64,000 nt of DNA, taken from Chrysomallon squamiferum. Taxonomy: Eukaryota > Animalia > Mollusca. The notes under the pieces are model-generated. The model was not told the DNA's origin and did not search any database. It saw nothing but the letters and a program-made list of their open reading frames with translations. Within the stretch, counting starts at the first letter, position 1; every line of letters begins with the position of its first letter. The stretch covers positions 17,856,001-17,920,000 of the forward strand of contig CM022679.1 of the NCBI GenBank assembly GCA_012295275.1, in the 5' to 3' direction. Both the position numbers and the translations under genes were made by a program. Below, in pieces: positions 43,548-55,400 of the stretch.

Positions 43548-43584
43548 ATGTCAGTCAGTCACCCTTTGCTGAAGATTCTCAAAG
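43548..43584 (+). CDS. RUN-PDZ-PTB gene coding exon 1 (MSVSHPLLKILK)
   Basis: ATG at 43548 with an in-frame TGA just upstream. Donor gtttga. Phase 1 joins exon 2. Confidence 0.75.
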
Positions 43585-46395
43585 GTTTGAATTATTAATT
43601 GTCTTAATTAACTTTGTAAATTAAAACAAAATATGAAAAAAGTAGACCATGAGCAAAATTACAGTATCAGTGGTTAACATAAAAAAAAAAAAAAAAAAAA
43701 AGGTAAATATATTGGTCACCTAATGCATGTTTTTATAACATCAAAAATTTATCAAAATGTAACTATTTTTATTTTTACTGGTTGTAGAACCTTTTTGTTT
43801 TGCATGTTACATGAAATCCAGATGTTAAAATACTGTAGCTTTGTTAATGTTTTAATTGGTACTATCACTAACAACTGAATGTATTTACACTTCTAAAGAA
43901 ACACACCTGAATATTAATTTTGTAAATATTTTGGAATAAAATTGTTGATTTTGGTCAGGTATTGTTCTTATAACTTTTGTTTTATAAACTATAAAGTTTT
44001 GATTTTTATAATTTTCATTTTGCTATAGGGACTCTGCTAGATATCCACAGAGAAAAAATTGCCATCTTGGACAGTAACCCTAAACTTGTTCCACTTTGTA
44101 AAGCCATTGAAGATATTTTCAGATGTGGATTGACAGGTTGGTAAATAACAGTCATCGTCTGTTTTGATAACTTTGTTATTTCCTATTCCATCAGTGCCCA
44201 GTGCTTTGTTATCAATGTCATTGCATGTGTTTCATTATTATGGACAGAAGCATATAAAAACTTACGTGTGTTAATCAATAGCAGCAGTTCAAGGGAATGG
44301 CAAAAGTGTATATCCTCTCATATTATTACATATTAAAAAAAAAACAATCCCTAGACCAAAGCATTCTTCAAAATGAAACAGAAATTAATGCTGGTAATTT
44401 TGACCTTAAATTATGTGCAATGTTGTTGTACATTCTGTTTATTTATTGATTTATTTATGTATTTTTCAAGTCAGTGCATTAGTGAATAATTACTGAGATC
44501 TGTGGTTTTGAAGAGAAAAAAAAAGGATATATGTACATTTTTGTTTTTTTTCAAAACCACTGATCTTAGTAACAATTCACTAATTCAGTGACTATAAATA
44601 TATAAATAAATCAATAAATAAATAGCAGGAGTATATGAGTGATTGCATGTGTGTGTGTATCTATGTGGGTGTGGCTATAAACAACCTTGATTTTTTTCTT
44701 CAAAACTTGACCTTGTATCAGTTTTCAGTGCATTGGTTTTCTGAGGACACTGTTTGAATACATTGGCTGCTGTTATATTGTATCACTGATGCTTGAAGTG
44801 ATTCAATATTGACATTTGGTCTCACAAAATCATTGATTTTGAAAGAATAGAATATTTTATATTTGGTCTGTTACAGTATCAGTTTTGAAATAATTTACAA
44901 TATGATATATATTTTTCAAAAGAAAAATCTTTATTTTCCATGTTATAGTTGTTTAGTTTTTTTTATTATATAGTAGTGTGTGTTTGTGTGTTATGCAATG
45001 TGTATAGGTGAGAGGTAATTAAATATAAACTTAACATAAAAATTATAATTATCAGTGTTTATATATTAGTTAATGGCAAAGATTTCTTGCATCTAACTGA
45101 AAAGAATAATGATAGGATTTCATTAATGCTGCAATTTTGCAATCCAATGTTTATGTGATGGTCTCAAGATTTTGCCAATCCTGTGCTATCTTGGGATGCA
45201 GACGTGGCACATCCTAGACCTGAACCTATCCAAAAACTGTGGGAACAATTGTAAACATTACTTTGCTCCTGGTTTTGAAAGCATCCAGACTAGATTAGTA
45301 TTAAATGTAAAGTTTCAGAATATTAATTTTATCTATTTGTTTTTTGTTTTTAAAATTTACTTTGTCTATGTATTAAGTTTTATCCTATGATATTGTAAGT
45401 GAATTATGTTGGCTTTAAATGTATAACATGTTTGTAGGCTAGTGTACATTAGGCCACATTTTTTGTGTTAGTTTGAGTATTAAAAAAAAGTGTCTCTGAA
45501 ATTCAGGGGAGGAGGTATCACAAATAAAAGTAAAATTTGCCAAACTTTCATGTTTTTTCTGCTTATTTTCCTTAAAAATGATGTGCTGCCATTGGTGAAA
45601 CATGCAACAGGAATTGGGTATGAGGAATAAAGAGAAAACAGCAAACGATTCCTTACCAGAATGCATTATTTTAGAATTTTCAATGCTTAAGGGGAAATGT
45701 GGTGAAAACTATTTTTAAATTTTTTTACAGACTTAGATGTACATAACCAAGAATAAGAATTTGAGAAAACTGTCAAAACTGGAAATTCAGGCTGGTATCA
45801 TGACATCAGATATCCTTTGAACATAGATGATTCACTTGTAGTTTGGGATGTGAGAAGTCTTTCTTTCTTTCTGTCAAAGGGACACCAAGAGCATCCTGGA
45901 TGTTAGGGGATGTTTATAGTCACTTCTGGTCTCAACATATATAAAGAAAGTCATTAGTTTCTCTACTGTAGCTTGCATATGTTTTCTCAAAGGTTGGAAA
46001 TCCATCTTGGTCTTCAGTGTGGTATTCTGTGAAGTGATGATAAACTGCAATTTTGTGCTTTTTTCACAGAACCAACACTTGCCGGCCAATCAGATTCCTT
46101 GATTACAGATCAGGAATTGTGGAGATTAAAGTAATCATTTGAGATATCTCATCACTTAAATTTAACTTATAAAGTATATCATTAACTGTAGATAGATAGA
46201 CAGTGGAGATAGGTGTTAAATACCAGTAATCCGTTTTCCCAGTGATAAAAAGGGAAGTATATTCTAATCAGGGCTACACTGGAAAAAGCCAAGATTAAGA
46301 ATAACTTAAAAATATACCAGTATATCAAATTTTTTCCTCAGAAAATTCAAATTCAGTTGTAAGTAAAAAACCAAAAAAAAAAAAAAAAAATTATA

Positions 46396-46434
<39 letters not shown>

Positions 46435-49400
46435 AAATTAGCAAGAATTTATTAATTCCTCATATATTATGTTAAATAATTTTGTGATCAGATTAAATCC
46501 AAAAATATAATTCCTCTCTTCCTTTAGAGAACATTCACTAAAAAAGATAGCTGTCAGACCTACCATTTGTGTGTATTAAGCACATGATCATCATCAGCTT
46601 AAAATTCAGCCAAAATTACTTGATTATTCCTGAATAGTATTTTCTCATTTGTCATAATCCAGTTCCTAAAACTATATTTATTTGTTAGATGTGAAAAAAA
46701 TATGAAGAATATCATTTTTGCTATGTTGTAATAGAGTGCATACATTCTCTAGTTTTGTGCTTTGTTTGCATTCTTCTTACTATGTCATGTTACCAAACTG
46801 GAAGATAATCAGTAATATTATTATTAAGTAAATTTTGAATTTCATTATGATATTATTTTGCCTATTGCAAATACCTTTTCATCTGATAGTTCTGCAGTAA
46901 ACTAACTGAAGCAATAATTTCTAAGTAATTTAATATCTTGGCCAAAACAATTATTTGAAAAACTATTTTTTCTTTCTGTACATTGTAAACTGGATAAGAT
47001 TGGCATCCATGTATTTAAATTGCTTCATAGTGTAAATAGGTTGGTGTTGGCATCATATATATTTAAATTTCCTCATAGTTTTGCAAATAATTAATCAAGT
47101 CTTTTCCTTTCCAAATACAATATCAACAATATGAACATGATGATGATGATTAATAACATGATAGGGCCTGTACAATATGAATGAGACCAAACCTGGTGTA
47201 GTACTAAACAGGTTGCAAAAGGCCTAGCGTTGACAGAATTTAACATAAGTGGTAATTGATTTGCCTTGCACAATCTTAAGATAATGCAGATTGGCAAATC
47301 TTGCTGAGGACATGCATTATGTATTAGGCAGATGCAGTATGCTGTATACCATTTGTAAAATACCATAGAAACACTACCCATTATATTTTCAGTTTCTCTT
47401 GCCAAAGATTTTCTTGCTAAATGTTTTTTTTGGAACAGGAGTAACTTAACTTGTTAATGACTTCTGTGCCCATAAATTTAAAAACAAGTAATAAAAGAAA
47501 AAGAAAAAGAAAATACAGCTTGTTTAAAAAAAATTCCATCCATGATATTCATTTTCACCCTTGCAACCATGTAACAAATCATATCCACAACCAGACATTT
47601 TTGTGCTAGATTTACCATATTAATGGAATCTTAGCTAAACCCATGAAGTGATGGCAAGTGATTTTCTTTGTGACATTATCCATATACAAGACTACTTTTA
47701 AAATAAAAAAAACTCATTTTCTGCTACGTAATAAGACTTGAAACTGAATAGCAGATGGTTTCATTTTTAGGTAATAATTCCTGGTTTTCGAGAACTGACT
47801 ACTGGACATGGATCAGCAAAATTACTGATTGGTATGAATTATAAAAAATAAACAGATATTTACACTTTTTTCATTAACAACTTTATATCTATGTTACAAT
47901 AACATTTTATTTTTGTGATTATCTCTTATGTAATTGAAATAAGTAATTAAGACCTGAAATGTATCTAAACTGCATTGTTATACATTCTAATTTAACTAGA
48001 AGTTTAAAATGCTCCTTTGTTTCATTTATTTATTTATTTAACTGTTTAATTATTTATTTTGTAATGATTAACAAAATAAACATCAAAATTCTGAGGCTCA
48101 AACATGTAATATATTTCTTTAAATAAATAATATATCAGATTCTAATAATTACTTTATCTGAATTTTATCCTGCTCATTCACAAGTATAAGATTAAGCAGT
48201 TCAGAACAAGGATTATAACAGAATACTAGTTAGGGTTATGGCCAGAGCAATGTTAACTGAATGAATATAAAAACTTTCAGTGGAGCAGAATATTATGAAA
48301 TACTAACAGTTTAAGTAATAATAAATTATTAAAAGATTTACCCTGATAATGTGTCTTTCAGCTTTTCAGTTAACATGTGATTTTTCATTGCAGTCCAAGC
48401 CCTATTCTTGAACAAGTAATTGGATATACAAAATGCTGCCAGAAGGTAAATATTTATTTATTCCAAAATCTTCTCCTGATCAATTAAATTAAATAGGTGC
48501 TTAAGTAACATTAACAGTGTACTATTTTTCTGTTGAGAAAGCATGTCTTTAAATTAAATTCATAGAGAGTCATAGTATAGTGATAGTGTAATCATAATTT
48601 CAGTCTCTGATAATATTTATTCAGTTGTATGCTTAAAGAATTTAGAGTATACTTTATATAAGTTAATACACTACCAAAGTTGCCTTCAATGAACAAAGCC
48701 ACTTTTATTAAATTAACAGCTGATGTAAACAAATTTATTATTATTATTATTATTATTGTTATTATTATTTTATTTATTTATTTATTTTTGTAAATAGTTT
48801 TACTGTTAATGTGTAGAAACATTTTACATCCATTTTCAAACAATTAAATATTTATTAATAGTTTTACATGTTAAATGCAAAGATAAATGGCTTTATATTG
48901 ATACTATTTCAGACACTGACTGTAGAAGGAAAAGGAAGGCTGTTTATTCGAGCCTCACTTGTTAAAAAAACTCTGGATCATATCATTCACATTATTACAC
49001 ATGACATACAGCTAATGCAGGTCTGGTATTTTTCACTTGAAATCTCTCCTATTTAGAAGTGTATGTACTTGTTTCTTTATCCTCCATCTAACATATTATA
49101 AAATGAAATGCAGAATGATTTTATTATTTCAAATAATTAAATGATATTAAAGTTTGTTTTATTCAGTTAGTGAATTTTGTTGTTTATTTCAACCTGTCAA
49201 ATGGATTGACCCCTATATTTGTTGCAGTTCTGTCTGTCAAAATGATTTAGATAAATGAAGATAAATGTTTTTATATTTTCTGTGCAGACATGGTACAACC
49301 CAGCAAAATCTATTCTTAGCAATGATATTCTTTGTGGTAAGTGCCATTTTATACAAATAAAAAGTGATTCTTATAAATTATAATATAGATTTTAAATGCA

Positions 49401-52400
49401 GATGTTAAATATATTGCTGTTTGTCAGCAGGGAATCACACAATGACTGAAAAATTGATGGTTAGAATAATATAATTTTAAAATTTTGATAATAGGCTATG
49501 GTTTATAAAGATTTTTTATTACAACATGACAGCTGATATTTAAATGGTGCAGCTATGGACCAACATACTTACAAACCATGAATCATTTTTTCTTTATTCA
49601 TTTTATCACAGTCATTACATTAAACTGTGTAAATGGTGTATTTCATCGATTGAAAATAATGGATTCTGATATAAATTAAAAGCAATATTTTAGCATTTAC
49701 ATTTATATATATTTAACGAACAACATCATGTTTTTCCTTCTGTTTTCTGTTTTGGTTTTTCTCAGAAATTCTTCTGTCTTTGGTTAGAGAAATAAACTGT
49801 ATTCCATTTAAGCTGGTATTGAAGGTATGATTAAATTATTAATAAAACAATTTAAGTTTTCATTATTGTTGTTGTTATTATTATTATTATTATAATTTCC
49901 AAACATTTCATTAAAAAGTTATGTCATTATGTTTTATTTTTCTGTTCCTTTTATTTCTCAAACCAATCTTAATGTGAAAAACAAATGTAACTGAAAGTGA
50001 GAACTAAAATCTGTTGCATTTAACAGAAAAATTAAAACAAATTAACGTACTCTGATGAACTGCTTAATTTACTAGTTACAAATTAATATACTAGATGTTT
50101 ATAACTTTAGTGTCAAACAATCACAAATAAAGTGTTTTAACAGTATTTTCTCTGATTGCTCATGCAATAAACAAAAATAATATTCATGTTATTATTAAAT
50201 GCAATTACTTTAATAAATATAATTATTTTATTTTTATTCTGCAGAATGCAAGTTTCCTAGATATCACCTGGACCATGCCAGTAAGTTTATATATTTAGAT
50301 CTATGTGTGTATGAATGTGTTGTTTGCATTAAACTCAAGTTTATTTTTCCCCAAATCCCATTGCTACATGTTAGACATAAAAAGATTAATAACATCAGTT
50401 TTTTTTTTTAATGATATAAATCATATCAGAGCACAGTACATGTTTACTAATTTCATTTTTTTTTTTTTTTTTGTTTCTGTCTGTGTCATAAAGAACAAAA
50501 GAGAAAAATTAACTGTTAATTATTATTATTATTATATGAATTCTTCATGTGTATGATAATTTGAATCATTTATCATATCTGTCTGATAATTATATCATTT
50601 CTCATAACTATATTTTTTATAGAGTTGTCATTCCTTGTGTTTTTTTAGGCTCTTTGAATAAACAATAAATATTAAACTGAATGAATAAAATTTAAAATTT
50701 ATTAAATTTAATTTTTGTAATTACCTTCAGCATAGATGAATCAGCTGGTAGTGTATAAACATATTTCTCATCATTTTAGGTTTACAGAGAATTTGAATTT
50801 GTTCCCTGTGATGTCCTGGGAATTCATTTTCAGTGAGTATTCCCAAATATTTTATTTAACAAAAAGAAAATTAATGCTGGTTAAGTTTTAAAATAATTAA
50901 TGAAAGAAAACTACTTACTTTTTTCATAAGCTTGGTATTAAAAAAAGAGAAAAAAATAAAAGAAGAAAAAAATAAAAATTAAGGACAAATTGTTATTTCA
51001 TTTCAGAGAGGTGAATGGGTATTTGCTTGTTGTTGATGTAGATTCTGACAGTGTAGCTGGTGAAGATGTAAGAGAAAGTTAAATAATTTTCTTAAATCCC
51101 ACCCAGTGCTTTTTTTTTTCTTTTCAGTTTTTTTATCTTTATACTTTATGAAAATAATAGTTCTTTGCCTTTATCATCGAGTGATCAGTAATTTAAATGG
51201 ACACACTCCAGATGTACATGAAGGACTAAAATTACAGTGTGGACAAACCATAAAGAAAAAAAAAAATGTGTTTGTATTACGTAATTATAAACAAAGATCC
51301 ATCAGTGTTGAATTGCTAATCCAGGTCAATCACATTTAACTTTAATATTTAACAGTTTCATGAGCATATATCTATAATTTTATATACTTTAATATTTTAT
51401 TAGTTAGTTATCTCAAAAACTATGTTTTGTGAATTAAACTTTGCCATTTCTAAACTTTTCATATTGACATATTTTGCAGATTAATAGGTAATAAATGCAA
51501 ATCAATTTCATGATTGCTTTCAATCTCTTAGCTTTTATTACAGAATTAAAAAATAACATAAATTTTTCTATTTAATATTTATCACAGAACAAAATTCGCC
51601 CAGGTGATATACTTGATGACATGTTTGGAGAAGGTCTTAAGGGTGGTAAAAAAGGCAAAGTGAGAATTTGAATTTATTTTATTAATACAATTGTTTATAC
51701 ATAATTTCAATTTGTTTTTTGATAAATGTTCAGATATGTCTTCCCATTGGCATATTTTCTAATCAGATTAAAATGTTCTTAGATGTTTTATCTCTTAGAT
51801 TAGCAGTTTTCTTTTCATTTAAAAAACTGATTTCATTAGTTACTTGTACTAGATTGAACTTTTTGTGAAATTACAATGTTCCATAACTCATTTAAAAGTT
51901 AAATTTAGGTCAAAGTAGATGAAACATTAATATTTTTTGATGTATTTTTTTATATTTAAAAAAAAAATTGTATTTAGTACACTTTAATTTAATTTAATTT
52001 AATTTACTTCAGTAAGTTTATTATGCAAACTGAAATAATATATTTGTATAGCTTTTTCCTTCCTTCTTTCTCTATTTTAATTATATTTTCATATTTTAAT
52101 CTTAAATTATTTACAGGTACAAGATTTGTTTAATCATTATAAAGGTTTACCTGTGTATGCTGGCTTTGTCAAAGTAAGTACTCTTGTTATTGTTATGTGG
52201 GTGTTTTTACACATAAATTTCTAAAATGACATTAGTAATTTTTTTTCATTAAATAAATTGTAAAAATTAGAAAGCATCATCAAATTAAGAACAGATTATT
52301 TATATTTTATTAAGATATTAAGATATCTCAGGTCAGTCCTCTGATGAGCCTTTATTGAGTTATTTCCCATTCCAGCCAGTGCCTTTATCTATTCTGATAA

Positions 52401-55400
52401 AAATAACCATGTCTTTATTCCAGTGGTTTTCTTTTTAACAGCATCATTACCATAAAAAGTAAATTATATATCTAATAATGTTTAACACTAAAAACGTGTT
52501 TAGATTGTTGTTAAACAAATTGTACTGTTAAAGCTCTTTTAAAAGTGAAATTTCAGAAAACTTGAACATTTCTTTTTCACCATAACAGGAAAAGGAATTT
52601 GTATTTTTTAATATATATATATCTTTTTCAGATATGTCATTAATGCATATTATATTTTAATTACAGGCTATTGATGCTGATGGCAACATTTACCGTCCCA
52701 TAGTAAAACTATTAAAAATGATAGATATTGATCCTGAGTTTGTTTTGAAAGATGTTTTGGTAGACAAAGCTCAGGAGGAGAACCAGACTGATTCAAACAA
52801 GAAACCACCTCATGCTTTACTTCCACAGGACAAGACTGATGAAATACCAGTGCACGGACCTGAAGGGAGGTATCTTGATTAAAAAAAAATAGTTTTACTT
52901 TATTTACATCCAAATGAAAGTTTAAATTATTATTGTTTTATTTTTAATTATTTATTTATTTTCTTATTTATTAAAAAGCAAATAATTTTCCTAAAGTTAC
53001 ATTTTTAACTGGAATTTTTGTTTCTTTTGGGGTTTTTTTGTTGGTTGTTGTTTGCTTGTTCCTTTTGGGGTATTTTTCACAGAAAATTTATATAAATTGA
53101 AGTAAGTTATTAAATAATTTGTCTATAATTTCAGAATATTACTGTAGTTTTTTGTTTAAAAAATTCAAACATTATTTCATGATGTTCATCTTTTCTTTTC
53201 TTTTTTTCTTTTTCAGAGCAAGTTATAGTGTCATATATTTAGGAGAAGCATTTTTGGGTGCAGTAAGTATTTTATGTTTATATATATTTCATTGTGCTAT
53301 ATTGAGAAAAAACTAAAAAAAACTCAAAATCAGGTAATTTAAATATTTTAATTACTATTTATATTGAAAACTTTTGAAAATTATTTGTATGGTTAATAAT
53401 TAATATAAAAAGAAATCCATGATGATTACCTTAATGTTTTTTATAAATTTATAGTTTGCTGTTTTTATGGATGTATATTTTTTTTTGGTAACTTTTTTTA
53501 ATTAAGAATTTCTGTAAATGTAGGTTTGTTACATTTTCATTGATAATAAAATTATAATACTTTGTACAGGATGGCCGTGTTGACAGAATAGAAGATGCGG
53601 TAGAGGCAGTCATTAACACTTCTAACAAAGTACCAAAGGTAAAACTGAAATGCACTTTTTTTTTAATTATTATTATTATTATTTTCATTTGCATTATCTT
53701 TTGTGTATTAAAGGTTTTTCTTCTGATTTATTTTGATGGCTCAGAATCTTTTATGTTAGTAATTGGTTCCTTAACAGCATTAATGGTAGTTACAGCCTTT
53801 CTGTTGAGATTCATAATAATTGTTTTTTTTTAAATCACTACCAGTTAAATAATAAAAAAATGAAACTGAATTCTTTATTTCATTGTAGCCAGTCGTACTT
53901 GAAACTTTAGAAACAGGTATTGTTCTTTCTGACAGAGAAACACAAAAAGTAAGCTGTTTACCATTAGATTCAGAAATGCATTTGTAATTGTTTTAATTAA
54001 ATATCCAGTATAATTATCCAGTGCACAATTTCCACTAAATAATCAAAACATTGGTTTATTGACTGCTAATTTTCTTTCCCTTTGCTTTACTGTTAGTTTA
54101 TTTCCCATGGAAACATATATTTGCTGATTTTGAAAACTGTTCAAACTGATGTAGTTAATTAGATCAGGATCCATTTTTATGAAGACCCGTAATCAAACTC
54201 TGAACACTGTTTTCTTTTTATATTTTATGATTTAATTAAAAAACATTTCTCCATAAAGCACGAATGCAGATAAATGACCTTAATAATATTATAAAGTACA
54301 ATTTTTTTTAATTACATTTAAAATAATTTTTTATGTTTTAGAAATAGACAAAGCAAACTAAAAATATTGTACTTTGTTTTCAGGTAATTCTGTCAAATTC
54401 CTTCACTGAGATTTCAGCATGTGGCAGAAGAACAGATTATATGCAGCATTTTGCTTTCATTTCTGGGTAATGTTTACATTCTCTATTATATTTTACTATC
54501 AGGATATTATTTGCATCATATGCAACTAAATGAATCTCTAGTATATAAGCCACTTATAGACTAATATTAGCCAATTATAACATATTTTTACATCTTGTAC
54601 AACTTATTTTATAAACATAAGTAATAAAAAAAATATTGTGATATGTAATCAAAAATGAGTTTTCTAAATTTTGTCAAGGTTTCATAAGGTTTTTGTGCCA
54701 ACAAACAGAACAATAGAACAAAATATTTAACATTCCTCAATTACAAATATGTTTTGTTTTACTTTTTTCCAATGGGATAACTGTTTACAGTACATAAAAA
54801 TCTTATCTTACTGTTAAATATTCTGAATAATGATAACCTAAATTTATTAATAATTATTATTATTTTGTTTATTTATCTTTTTATTTAGAGAAACAACTTG
54901 TAATATGGCACAACATTTCACCTGTCATGTTTTCCATTCATCCTCGGCAGATGAGGTAAATAAAGAGATATTAATTAGTCTCTTAACACTGGTTAGATTA
55001 CTGTCAAAATTGTTTGCTGAAACATTAAATAAAAAGAAGAGAAAGATATCTCATTTGTGATAAATATTGCAATATCTTGAAATATGAAATTTTTAAAAAC
55101 TATAATCTGTACATGATTAATATGAATACACAGAGGCTGTTTTGTTCACTTTTGAAAATTAATATAGTCACAGAAATAAGTCACTCTTCAAATACTAGCA
55201 GAAGTGACAGAAACAAAAAGAGATAGGTAACACATAATAATAAAATTTATAAAATCAAATTTATTTTTTATTAATTTTTTTAAATTTTACTTTTAGGCTA
55301 AAATAATTTTGTGTGCAATTGGTAAGTGTTTCGCTGTATTGTAAAATTTATAACCATCCTCCATGTCTGTGCAAGCATTCACAATCTACTGTGTATATTT

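Noticed and set aside
46998-47080. Degenerate ~48-bp tandem duplication
   Set aside because: Two diverged copies only, consistent with an ordinary local duplication.
52668-52913. Minus-strand ORFs at 52668-52913 and 53449-53694
   Set aside because: Antisense shadows of real + strand exons 13 and 15.
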